A DNA stretch of 64,000 bases from Eledone cirrhosa (taxonomy: Eukaryota): the NCBI GenBank assembly GCA_964016885.1, contig OZ024742.1, positions 275,714,001-275,778,000 of the forward strand, in the 5' to 3' direction. Positions 35,142 through 47,334 of the stretch are shown here, piece after piece. The translations under genes were made by a program, and so were the position numbers. The notes below the pieces were generated by a model. It saw nothing but the letters and a program-made list of their open reading frames with translations. It did no database searches and was not told the DNA's origin. Positions within the stretch are counted from its first letter, which is position 1. Each line of letters starts with the position of its first letter.

Positions 35142-37416
35142 ATGGTAAAAGCATAGTCGGCTGTGAGCATGTTGGAGGTTGGAAAACCATACCACATTAA
35201 ACTACATCAAACTACACCATACTACATCACACCATGCTATTAATCTCAGCGAGAACATTTTTCTTCCTGTTTTTTTTCTTCTGTGTGTGTGTGTGCTTAC
35301 CACCCAATCTGATATCAAAGGTGCTCACAAATTACTATTTTTTTACACATTATCAATGTATATAACATGGAAACCTATCATTTGCAATAGGTTCCCATGT
35401 CATAACTACAACAATCCAAACCACACCATAACAAACTACACCATTCTACATCACACCATGCTTTTGATCTCAGTGTGAAAAATTTTCTTCCTGTTTCTTT
35501 TTTTTTTTTTGTGTTCTTACCACCCAATCTGACATCAAAGGTGCTGCAATTGACTATTTTTCGCATATATTATCAATAATTATGACATGGAAAACTGTCG
35601 AAAATGACTAGCTTTGTAGAAAAAAGAGGCAGGATGTGGGTGGAAATACCATTTACAAAGCTAGTCATTTTTTATTGCAGCGGAAGTCATATTTTTTGTT
35701 AATATGCTAAAAGCATAGTCCACTGCGAGCATCTTGGAAGTTGATAGCACATACAAAAATGAAGGAAAAATATTTTTTCTAACATAAATCAAAGTGGAAA
35801 TTTAAATCCTCACTTATAACAAAGCACACCACAGCACATTAATCTACCCCAATCCACACCATAACCATACTTCACTATATGGTAAATTTATTACAAAACA
35901 CCTACTCCTACCATTTACATCACACCATGGTGTGGACATCAATGTGACAAATTTGCTACCTGCTTTTTTTTTTTTTTGGTGGTTACCGCCTCAAACTAAC
36001 ATCAAAGGTGCTTGCAAATGACTATTTTCCCACACATTATCAATGAATATGACATGGGAATCTATCGTTTACAATTGGTTTCCATTTCATAACTTCACCA
36101 AACCAAACCACACCATACCAACTTACACCATACTACATCACACCAAGCTATTGATCTTGGTGTGAAACATTTCCGGTTTCCTTTTTTTTTTTTGTGTGTG
36201 TGCTTACCACCCAATCAGACATTAAAGGTGCTCCCAATTGACTATTTTTTTTCCACTTATCAATAATTATGACATGGAAACCTGTCGAAAATGACTATCT
36301 TTGTAGAAACTTCACCAAACCACACCATACTACATCACACCAAGCTATTGATTTTGGTGTGACAAATTTTCATCCAACAATTTTTTTTTTTTTTTGTACT
36401 TACCACCCAATTTGACATAAATCGTGCTCGCAAATTACTATTTTATGCACATATTATCAATGGTTATGACATGGAAACCTGATGAAAATGACTAGCTTTG
36501 TAGAAAAAAGAGGGAGGATGTGGGTGGAAATACCATTTACAAAGCTAGTCATTTTTTATTGCAGCGTAAGTCATATTTTTTGTTAATATGCTAAAAGCAT
36601 AGTCCACTGCGAGCATCTTGGAAGTTGATAGCACATGCAAAAATGAAGGAAAAATATTTTTTCTAACATAAATCAAATTGGAAATTTAAATCCTCACTTA
36701 TAACAAAGCACACCACAGCACATTAATCTACCCCAATCCACACCATATACTTCACCATAACCATACTTCACTATATGGTAAATTTATTACAAAACACCTA
36801 CTCCTACCATTTACATCACACCATGGTATGGACATCAATGTGACAAATTTGCTACCTGCTTTTTTTTTTTTTTGGTGGTTACAACCTCAAACTAACATCA
36901 AAGGTGCTTGCAAATGACTATTTTCCCACACATTAACAATGAATATGACATGGCAATCTATCGTTTACAATTGGTTTCCATTTCATAACTTCACCAAACC
37001 AAACCAAACCACACCATACCAAGTTACACCATACTACATCACACCAAGCTATTGATCTTGGTGTGAAACATTTCCCGTTTCCTTTTTTTTTTTTGTGTGT
37101 GTGCTTACCACCCAATCTGACATTAAAGGTGCTCCCAATTGACTATTTTTTTCCCACTTATCAATAATTATGACATGGAAACCTGTCGAAAATGACTATC
37201 TTTGTAGAAACTTCACCAAACGACACCATGCTACATCACACCAAGCTATTGATTTTGGTGTGACAAATTTTCATCTGGCATTTTTTTTTTTTTGTGTGCT
37301 TACCACCCAATTTGACATAAAAGGTGCTCGCAAATTACTATTTTATGCACATATTATCAATGTTTATGACATGGAAACCTGATGAAAATGACTAGCTTTG
37401 TAGAAAAAAGAGGGAG

Positions 37417-38060
37417 TATCATCATCATCATCATCATCATCAGGTTTAGCGTCCGTGTTCCACGCTTGCATGGGTTTGGACGGGGGTTTTCCCACTTGAG
37501 GCAAGAGTGGTTGTCTTGCTCGCATAGGACTGTCTGGCGGGTTTTCTACAGTTGGATGCCCTTCCTAACACCAACCACATTTACAGTGTGGGGCTGGAAG
37601 GTTTTTACCGTGTTGCCTACATGGCCACATTACAGCGTGGACTGTCTGGCGGGTTTTCTACAGCTGGATGCCCTTCCTAACACCAACCACATTTACAGTG
37701 TGGGGCTGGGAGGTTTTTACCGTGTTGCCTACACGGCCACATTTACAGCGTGGACTGTGTGTTTTTTGTCGTGACACCTACACGATCTCATTTGTTTCGG
37801 TCTGGATGTTGTGGGACCAACATAACTGTACATTGAAAGGGGCGGTGTGGATGGGGTGGAGGTGGTGGGACGGGGGGGGTGTTTTGATAGAGATGCCTAC
37901 TGACTGTAGTAGGTTTTTACTTTGTATTTAGGTAAGGCGGGTCTTCTCTATTACTGAGTACCGCCAAAGGTCTCGGTCCAGTGACATTGTCTTGGAGAGG
38001 TGTAAGCGTGTGAGGTCGGAATTTGTGGTCGGAGTATGAGGTCGGAATTTGAGGTCGGAG
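37417..38060 (-). mobile_element. RTE 3' end inserted in the satellite, with an internal ~110-bp duplication
   Basis: Homologous to 29479-29935; TSD GGAGTAT; 37529-37640 duplicated at 37640-37755. Confidence 0.85.
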
Positions 38061-38621
38061 TATGTGGGTGGAAATACCATTTACAAAGCTAGTCATTTTT
38101 TATTGCAGTGGAAGTCATATTTTTTGTTAATATGCTAAAAGCATAGTCCACTGCGAGCATCTCAGAAGTTGATAGCACATGTAAAAATGAAGGAAAAATA
38201 TTTTTTCTAACATAAATCAAAGTGGAAATTTAAATCCTCACTTATAACAAAGCACACCACAGCACATTAATCTACCCCAATCCACACCATATACTTCACC
38301 ATAACCATACTTCACCATATGGTAAATTTATTACAGAACACCTACTCCTACCATTTACATCACACCAATGCTCGCAGTTGACTATTTTTTTCACATATTA
38401 TGAATGAATATAACTTTGAAACCTATCGTCAATGATTAGCTTTGTAGCAAAATGAAGGCAGAAAGTTGGTGAAAAAACCATTCACAAAGCTAGTCATTTT
38501 TAATTGCAGTGGAAATCATATTTGTTGTTAATATGCTAAAAAAATAGTCAATTGCAAGCATTTTGGAGGTCGGATTACTTGATAGGACATAAAATAACAA
38601 AGGAAAACAAATATTGTCTAT

Positions 38622-38723
38622 ATGTTCCTGTGGAAAGTCGGGTCTTCTGTATTACTGTGTGACGCCAGAGGTTATGGTCGTGTGTCATTGCCCTTGAGAG
38701 GTGCAATTGGGAAAGGTCGGCTT
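38622..38723 (-). mobile_element. Short RTE ORF-end fragment (45-47 kb family)
   Basis: Reverse-complement match to 46928-47010. Confidence 0.7.
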
Positions 38724-39660
38724 AGAAATATTTACTTCTGCGTTCACAGATTGATTTTTTTTAGCTTCAGAAGATCCCATTAAGGGTGAAAGCAGACGAT
38801 TCTTTGCTTAAACTTTAATCTGTTATTTTAATAAATATTTGCTCTACGGTTCTTATATATTTGATATATATTTATCCTTATCGAGCCCTCTTTGGATGTT
38901 AGTCTTCAAATTTATTATTATTACTATTGGGCTCCCTTGACTGAGTACTCTGACTTATATTCATCATGCAGAAACATCTGAATATTTCTACAAAGAACAT
39001 ACCCGTACCAAGCAGGAAGAAATACCTAAAACTACGTCCCCACAAACCAAAGTATCGCCTTCCTGTCTTCCTTCGGTTGCAACGTTTTTCGAAATATTTA
39101 CTTCTGCGTTCACAGATTGATTTTTTTTTTAGTTTCAGAAGATCCCATTAAGGGTGAAAGCAGCCGATTCTTTGCTTAAACTTTAATCTGTTATTTTAAT
39201 AAATATTTGCTCTACAGTTCTTATATATTTGATATATATTTATCCTTATCGAACCCTCTTTAGATGTTAGTCTTCAAATTTATTATTATTACTATTTGGC
39301 TCCCTTGATTGAGTACGCTATTGACTTATATTCATCATGCAGAAACATCTGAATATTTCTACAAAGAACATACCCGTACCAAGCAGGAAGAAATAGCTAA
39401 AACTACGTCCCCACGAACCAAAGTATCGTCTTCCTGTCTTCCTTCGGTTGGAACATTTTTCGAAATATTTACTTCTGCATTCACAGATTGATTTTTTTTT
39501 AGTTTCAGAAGATCCCATTAAGGGTGAAAGCAACCGAGTCTTTGCTTAAACTTTAATCTGTTATTTTAATAAATATTTGCTCTACGGTTCTTATATATTT
39601 GATATATATTTATCCCTATCGAGCCCTCTTTGGATTTTAGTCTTCATATGTATTATTACT
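38724..39660. repeat. ~370-bp tandem repeat, about 2.5 copies
   Basis: GAAATATTTACTTCTGCRTTCACAGATTG at about 38725, 39091 and 39462. Confidence 0.92.
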
Positions 39661-39662
39661 AA

Positions 39663-39709
<47 letters not shown>

Positions 39710-39775
39710 TGTGTGTGTGTGTATATATTAGTTTATATATATGTGTGTATATATATACATACATACATACATATT

Positions 39776-40139
39776 GAGAGCATTGGCCTTGCAATCGAAA
39801 GGTTGTGAGTTCAATTCTCACACCGGGTGATGTGTTGTTTCCTTGAGCAAGACACTTTATTTCACATTGCTCCTGTTTACTCAGCTGTAGAAATGAGATG
39901 ATAGGACTGGGGTCCCTATCATTCCACTGCAAAGTGGTCGTGGAGGTGCCACAGCAAAAAAGCACCCAGCCCACACTGTAAAGTGGATGTGGAGGTGCCA
40001 CGGGAAAAAAGCACCTAGCACTCACTGTAAATGAGGTTGGTGTTAGGAAGGGCATCCAGCTGTAGAAATCAAGCCAGAATCAGTTCCCGTCCCACCCTTG
40101 CAAGCAGGGAAAAAGTGGACGTAAATTGAAATGATGATG
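39776..40139 (+). mobile_element. CORE-type SINE, 5'-truncated
   Basis: Homologous to 54411-54796. Confidence 0.88.
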
Positions 40140-40475
40140 AATACTCCCAGCTGTGGTCACCCCATAGTATCAAACTAATCATGGAGCTTGAAGCAATCCA
40201 ATGAAGCTACACCAAGAAGGTTGCCATGATGAAGGAGATAAACTACTGGGAGAGTCTAAAAGAACTGAAACTCTACTCCTTGGAATGAAGACGGGAGAGA
40301 TATGCAATGATATACATATGAAAAATCCTGGGGAAACTAAGACCAAACTGTCGCATTGAGAGCTGGACCAATTCTCGAACAGGACGTCACTGTATGGTAC
40401 CAAAGGTCCCGTCTTCCACATCTAGAATCAGGAGCAGCTATTGCAATAGCCTGGGGTTCAAAGGCCCTCAACTTG
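40140..40475 (+). mobile_element. CR1-group LINE 3' fragment
   Basis: YSQLWSPHSIKL..ELEAIQ..YTK, YWESLKELKLYSLE; paralog at 44065-44530. Confidence 0.8.
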
Positions 40476-40545
40476 GTTTTCAAAATTTAAATTTTTATTT
40501 CCTATTCATCAATGCTTCAAGCAAGCTATAAAACTCTGTTATATT

Positions 40546-40929
40546 TCATCATCATTTTATGTCAGTTCTTCTACGCTAGCATGGGTTGTCCTGTTGTGGG
40601 CAGTGTCCGGTCCGCTGACCTTGTCTTGCTCATACGGGAACTGATTCTGTCTTGATTTCTACAGCTGGATGCCCTTCCTAACACCAACCTCATTTACAGT
40701 GAGTGCTGGGTGTTTTTTTGTTTTTTTTTGCCGTGGCACCTCCACGATCACTTTGCAGTGGAATGATAGGGACCCCAGTCCTATCATCTCATTTCTACAG
40801 CTGAGTAAGCTGGAGCAATGTGAAATAAAGTGTCTTGTTCAAGGAAACAACACATCACCCGGTCCGAGAATTAAACTCATAACCTTTCAATTGCAAGCCC
40901 AATGCTCTAACCACTGAGCCATGTGCCTT
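40546..40929 (-). mobile_element. CORE-type SINE, full length, with a variant tail
   Basis: Reverse complement of the SINE head and core; terminal part matches the RTE 3' end at 47220-47330. Confidence 0.85.
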
Positions 40930-40954
40930 CTATTGTTGGCAATGTTAGGTCAGG

Positions 40955-41915
40955 TGACCATGTCTTGCTCATAAAGAACTGATTTTGGCTTGGTTTCTAC
41001 AGCTGGATGCCCTTCCTAATGCCAAGCTCATTTACAGTGAGTACTGGGTGTTTTGTGTTGTGATTCCTCCACGACTACTTTACAGTGTGGACTGGGTGTT
41101 TTTTACTGTGTCACCATCACGACCACTTTACAGTGTTTCGGCCTGTTCTCATGAAAGATATATTGGTGGGTGGGATGGAGTGGTGCATACTGTATGTATG
41201 TTTCAGCCTTGGCCTGGGCCCGTGGGAACTTGGGGTTTCTGTATTACCTCATAACGCCAGAGCTATTGGTCTTGTGTCATTGCCTTTCAGAGGTGCAATT
41301 GGGCAAGGTCGGCTTTTATCACTTCATCTCAAGTCTTTCTGGGACTTTATGTAGCTGTCATCCTTCATACGAATCACATGTCCATACCAACATAATCTCC
41401 TCTCCTGCACACAACATTTGATTCCTCTTATGCCTAGTTTCTCTTTCAGTTTGTTTATGCTTTGCTGTTCGCATATATTACTATTACACATCCATTGGAG
41501 CATACAAGCTTCATTCCTTTCTAATCTACGCAAGTCTTCTACACACAGCGCCCAGCTCTCACTACCATGCAACATTGCCGTTCATATGCACACATCATAC
41601 AGTCTACCTTTTATTCTGAGGGAAAAGCCTTTTGTATCCAGCTGTAGCAGTAGCTCCCTCAACTTCTTCCATCCCGTTCTTTCAGAACACCCCCCTCCGC
41701 TGCTAATTCGATATTGTTTTTACCAAGTCCTCCCAGACTTTGATGTCACTTGTTTTCAGTGATTGTTTGCTGCTTACTGTCCTGGTGCAACTGCTACATG
41801 TAAAGCCTACATTCTTAACTAAACTTCCTGAGATCCCACTACATCTCTTGTGTACCCATAGTTTGCATACGGGGCAGAGGATGGAGTTCCTACCTACACC
41901 TCTCCTACATAATGA
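40955..41915 (-). mobile_element. Decayed RTE 3' part with 3' UTR
   Basis: GVGRNSILCPVCKLWVHKRC, MLHGSESWAL, RRLERNEACML and WYGHVIRMKDD. Confidence 0.88.
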
Positions 41916-42214
41916 GCACACACACACACACATATATATACACACACTCACATATACATATATACTAGCCGAATTACCAGCGCCTTGCTGCATTTCACAC
42001 ATTTCACACATTTTTTTTGTAAGAAAATGATGATTGATTTTAAATCAGTGATTTAATTTATGGAGAAAAACTCAATATTACTCAATGTAAAATATAATTC
42101 ATGAAAAATTGGAAAACATCATTTTTTGTAATATATCAAATCAAAATTGCATTATTAAATCTTTGCCTTTCATCCTTACGTGGTCGATAAAATAAAGTAC
42201 CAGTAATATACACA

Positions 42215-43165
42215 TGATAATGAAATATCCTTAAGAATCAAGAAAGCCAGTGATGCGTTTGGACGGCTGCATCAACGTTTATGGTCCAGACGAGGTATCA
42301 CTATCGAAACCAAGGTGAAAGTGTATCTGACTCGTGTTATCTCCTCTTTACGTTATGTTTGTGAAACGTGGGTCACATACAGAAAGCACCTCAAGGATCT
42401 GGAGAGATTTCACCAACAATCTCTTCATAAGTTACTTGGGGTGTGGTGGAAAATGTTTGCCAGTGATTTGGAAGTTCTAGAACGGAGCAGGTGCGTGACT
42501 ATAGAGAGCATAATCATTCGGTATCGGTTGAGGTGGTGCAGTCACGTGGTCCGGATGTCTGATGATCGTATTCCAAAGCAACTTCTCTATGGAGAACTGT
42601 GTGAAGGAAGGCGACCACCACATAAACCAAAAAGGTGGTACCGGGACTATCAGGAGCACCTTGGCTTGTGCTGGAATTTCATCTGATGAATGGGAGAAAA
42701 TGGCTGACGAGCGTGTGAAGTGGAGACGTTTGATCAAGTCAGGTGGTGAACACTTTGAAACTCGTCGGAGAGGACACCTAACACTGAAAAGGAAGGTGAG
42801 GATTGAGACTGTTCTGAACTGCCTGCTGTTGAACATCATCTGGTTTGCCAGCACTGTGGTCGAGTCAGCCTGAGCAAAGCTGGTTTTATTAGACATGAAC
42901 AAAGTCATATCAGTAGACCTCATGTAGATTATGATCTGAAAGGTGTAAGAAATGTACAAGCATGGGAGTTCTTAAAAGATACATGTGAACATACAGCCAG
43001 AACAAAGCAATGGAAGGTTTCGGGGGAGCCTAAAGTTGCCATGTGTGTGCCAGAGGGTGCAAGTATTTGGCTGATTTAAAGAGTCACATTTGTGCTTCAC
43101 ATTTTTGAACATTTTATCGGGCGATGGCAATACTTGAACACGAGTTTGCAGCCATCATGTAGTAT
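42215..43165 (+). mobile_element. RTE-BovB-like 3' fragment with C-terminal C2H2 finger relics
   Basis: IKKASDAFGRL, CETWVTYRKH, RIPKQLLYGEL, CQHCGRVSLSKAGFIRHEQSH and CHVCARGCKYLADLKSH. Confidence 0.85.
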
Positions 43166-43169
43166 GTAT

Positions 43170-43795
43170 GTCGGGTCACTCTTGAGTGCTATTGGTAACA
43201 TGTAACCCAGTACAACCTATCGCATGGTCGGGTCGTCGGCGGCTAAACCAGCAACCCCACCAAGTTTACTTGGTGAGGAGGGTGATTTTGGACACGCTGC
43301 AGGACAAAAAACAAAACCTGACAAAGGGCGGAAGATCTCATAAGAGTCAACGGCCATCCAAAAGTGTGTAAATATGTATATACACATGTACATATGTATG
43401 TATATGTATTTGTGTATATACATGGGTGCATGTGTATGTACATGCGCGGGGACATAGAAATAATCGGGCTGGACACCCGATCGCGCGGTTAAACCACTGG
43501 GAGTGAAGGACCCCTAGCCTTTATCAGGGCATTCTTCTAGGAGAAGGCAACTCAAGAAACTGGGATAACTCCGATATAAAACCTGCGGCTCAGTAGTTAC
43601 CGATGATGTTGATATTTTCTTCTTTTCGGGTTATAGCTAGTCGCTCAGAGAGTGGGATTGGCTCAGTGCACAGTCTTTCCTCATTTAAAAAAATATCATG
43701 CACAGGCATTGCACGATAGAATTAATTAATAATTATTAATAATGGTATATCGTGCAATGGCCATACTCGATAACGAGGGGGCAGCCATCATGTAT
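43170..43795 (+). mobile_element. Two short GC-rich non-autonomous retro-elements (43170-43367 and 43445-43795), each followed by a TG/TA tail
   Basis: The second ends ATGGCCATACTCGATAACGAGGGGGCAGCCATCATGTATG, similar to the RTE end at 43124-43165, and contains RTE 5'UTR-like CTAGGAGAAGGCAACTC...AAACC. Confidence 0.55.
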
Positions 43796-43863
43796 GCATG
43801 CATGCGTGTATGTATGTGTGTGTGTTTGTGCGTGTGTGTATATATATATATATGTGTGGTGTG

Positions 43864-43919
<56 letters not shown>

Positions 43920-44064
43920 CATGTGGGTGTGTATATATATATCTCCATATACATATTTATTCAGGTGATATAGGCTGGATTGGTTAGAATATTCTGACGC
44001 GAATTCTTTCTGCTCTGTTAAATCGGAACAAATCTTGACTTTTTATTTGAGGTTTTCTATATAA

Positions 44065-44530
44065 GAGACCAGGAGACCATGTTGATACTATGAAGGCCAT
44101 TTGTCCTAAGCCGCCTGGACTATTGCTCCCAGCTGTGGTCACCCCATAGTATCAAACTAACCACGGAACTTGAGACAATCCAACGAAGCTACACCAAGAG
44201 GATTGCATGATGAAGGAGATGAGCTACTGGGAGAGGCTAAAAGAACTGAAACTCTACTCCTTGGAACGAACACGGGAGAGATACGCAGTGATATACATAT
44301 GGAAAATCCTGGAGGGACGAGCACCAAACTTTGGTATTGAGAGCGGGACCAACCCTCGAACAGGACGTCACTGTGTGGTGACAAAGGTCCCGTCTTCCAC
44401 ATCTAGAACAAGAAGCAGATATTGCAATAGACTGGGGTTCAAAGGCCCTCAACTCTTCAACAAACTGCCGAGGGATTTGAGAGATCTACATGGTGTGGCC
44501 GTGGATATTTTCAAGAAACATCTAGAACTG
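44065..44530 (+). mobile_element. CR1-group LINE 3' fragment
   Basis: MLIL*RPFVLSRLDYCSQLWSP and SYWERLKELKLYSLERTRERY..IYIWKIL. Confidence 0.85.
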
Positions 44531-44737
44531 TTTCATTCGGAGGAAATCATCAGAAAAGCCCACTGTCAATGTAATATGGTGGTATTTATACATTTTCTGG
44601 TGGTAGGGGAGGGTAGTAAATTGATGCTAAGTAGACAAACACATACACACTGACAGGCACTCCTAATTTTCAAGATTCATTTATTCCAAACAAAGGGTTT
44701 TCATTGAGTGGCAATATTAAAATGCTCTGCTAAAAGA

Positions 44738-44745
44738 TATAAATA

Positions 44746-44788
<43 letters not shown>

Positions 44789-44823
44789 ATTTGTGTATAT
44801 ATATATATATGTGTATGTGTGTT

Positions 44824-44874
<51 letters not shown>

Positions 44875-44887
44875 ATGTGTGTTTGTG

Positions 44888-44918
<31 letters not shown>

Positions 44919-44936
44919 TTGTGTATATATATATAT
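44738..44936. repeat. Compound (TA)n/(TG)n microsatellite
   Basis: Directly visible. Confidence 0.95.
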
Positions 44937-47332
44937 AAGACCACAAGCAAGAGGAGAGTGACTTGGTGGTGGAACAATAAGGTAGATGAGGCAGTTAAGG
45001 CCAAGAGACAGGCATGGAAAGAATGGAAGAACGTGGGGAGCAGGGTACATTACATAGAGACCAAGAGGGAAGCTAGACGACAAGTATACTTAGCTAGGAG
45101 GGAAGCAGAGGATAGAAAATTCAAGCATGTTTTGCAATGAGAGGACCAGAAACAGGAGGTGTTCAAGATTGCGAGGCAGTGTGTCAGAGAGAATTGTGAT
45201 GTCATTGGAGAGAAGTGTATCCGGAATGATAAAGGTGAGCTTGCCCTCACAAGTGGTGAGAAGAAAGATGCATGGAAGAGTCATTATGATAGATTACTAA
45301 ATGAGGAGAATGCATGGGAAGAAGAGACCCTACCTCAAGTAGACCTTATAGAGGGACCAGCAGTACAAATCAGCAGCAGCGTAGTAAGTAAGGCAATCAA
45401 AGATATGAAGATGGGGAAGGCAACCAGTCCATCGGGTATAGCTGCCGAGATGCTGAAGGCATCTGGGTCTGTAGGTCACACTATAACCACATGTATTGTT
45501 AACCAGGTAATACTAGAAGGTGTCATACCAAGAGATTGGTGCAGTAGCATCATTGTCAACTGCTACAAAGGTAAAGGTGATGGACTCGATAGAGGAAACT
45601 ATAGAGGTATAAAGCTGATGGACCAGGTCATGAAAATAACAGAAAGAGTTATAGCACAGTTGATTAGGGACCGGGTGAAACTAGATGAGATGCAATTTGG
45701 GTTTGTACCAGGAAGAGGCACCACTGATGCGCTCTTCCTTGTGAGGCAGTTACAGGAAAAGTACCTAGCTAAAAGTAAGCCACTCTACTTGGCATTCGTC
45801 GATCTCGAGAAAGCCTTTGACAGAGTTCCACGTGCTGTAATCTGGTGGGCTCTTAGAAAACTAGGAGTAGATGAATGGCTTGTGAAAGCTGTACAAGCCA
45901 TGTATAGGGGAGCAGTCAGTAAAGTTAGGATTAGCAATGAGTATAGAGAGGAATTTAGTGTACAGGTTGGTGTCCACCAGGGCTCTGTTCTTAGCCCTCT
46001 CCTGTTCATCATAGTCCTGCAGGCAATAACAGAGGAGTTTAAGACCGGATGCCCATGGGAGCTCCTGTATGCTGATGACCTCACACTTATAGCTGAATCT
46101 ATGGTAGAACTAGAGAAGAAATTCCAAACTTGGAAGCAGGGACTAGAAAGAAAGGGTCTCAAAGTCAACATGACAAAGACTAAGGTCCTTGTAAGTAGAC
46201 GAGAAAACAGAACCCAGATCCCCTCAGGGAAATGGCCTTGCTCAGTATGTAGGAAAGGTGTAGGTAGGAACTCCATTCTCTGCTCCAAATACAAACAATG
46301 GGTACACAAGAGATGTAGCGGGATCTCAGGAAGCTTAATTAAGAATGTAGGCTTCACATGCAGCAGCTGTGTTGGGACAGCAAGCAGCAAACAGCCATAG
46401 GAAACAAGTACCACCAATCTCTCTGGGAGGGCTCTGTAGAGACAGTAGACAGCTTCTGCTACCTAGGTGACCGAATTAGCAGCGGAGGTGGGTGTTCAGA
46501 AAGTACAATAACTAGGGTAAGAATGGGATGGAAGAAGTTCAGGGAACTACTGCCACTGCTAGCTGCAAAACGCTTCTCGCTCAAAATGAAAGGCAGACTG
46601 TATGATGCGTGTATCCGAACAGCAATGTTACATGGTAGTGAGACCTGGGCGCTGAAGGTGGAAGACTTACGTAGATTAGAGAGAAACGAAGCCTGCATGC
46701 TCCGATGGATGTGTAATAGTAATATATGCGAACGACAAAGCATAAATGAATTGAGAGAGAGACTGAGCATAAGAGGAATCAAATGGTGTGTGCAGGAGAG
46801 GCGGTTGCATTGGTATGGACATGTGATGCGTATGAAGGATGACAGCTGCATAAAAAGGTGCAGAATACTAGAAGTCAATGGAAACCGCGGAGTGGGGAGA
46901 CCCAAGAAGACCTGGGATGAGGTGATAAAAGCCGACCTTACCCAATTACACCTCTCAAAGGCGATGACACACGACCGTGACCTCTGGCGTCACACAGTAA
47001 TACAGAGTACCGGACCTCCCATGGGTACAAGCTGAAGCATATAGACAATATGCTTCAACACCCTCCCACTGCAAGGTGGTCGTGGAGGTGCCACGGCAAA
47101 AAAGCACCCAGCCCACACTGTAAAGTGGACGTGTAGGCACCACGAAAAAGCACCCAGCACTCACTGTAAATGAGGTTGGTGTTAGGAAGGGCATCCAGCT
47201 GTAGAAATCAAGCCACATCAGTTCCCGTATGAGCAAGGCATGGTCAGCCGACCAGACACTGCCCACAACAGAACAACCCGTCTAACCCATGCTAGCGTGG
47301 AAGGACGGACGTAAAACGGTGATGATGATGAT
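44937..47332 (+). mobile_element. Relatively young 5'-truncated RTE LINE (RT with PHD-like insert and complete 3' UTR)
   Basis: ORFs 45159-46400 and 46358-47035 with QFGFVPGRGTTDA, DLEKAFDRVP, GVHQGSVLSPLLF, LYADD and FCYLG; (GAT)n tail. Confidence 0.93.
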
Positions 47333-47334
47333 TC

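Larger units (their letters stand above)
34400..38620. repeat. Higher-order tandem repeat: ~890-bp units built from ~170-200-bp subrepeats
   Basis: AATGACTARCTTTGTAGAAAAAAGAGG recurs at about 34700, 35605, 36490 and 37390; the subrepeat core CTACATCACACCA...TTACCACCCAATCTGACAT recurs about ten times. Confidence 0.9.

Noticed and set aside
34400-38620. CRISPR-like repeat/spacer array
   Set aside because: The context is eukaryotic, the intervening sequences are themselves homologous and there are no cas genes.
41965-42160. Possible minus-strand Helitron 3' end (CTAG plus degenerate hairpin)
   Set aside because: The hairpin is poor and no 5' end or empty site is identifiable.
43200-43262. HDV-like ribozyme (ACC-TATCGCAT-GGT...GGCTAA)
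   Set aside because: I could not form the P1/P2 pairings by eye; unsupported without a covariance search.
44701-45140. ORFs of [12 protein letters not shown] type (also at 24958-25715 and 43736-43987)
   Set aside because: They are translations of (TA)n/(TG)n microsatellites.
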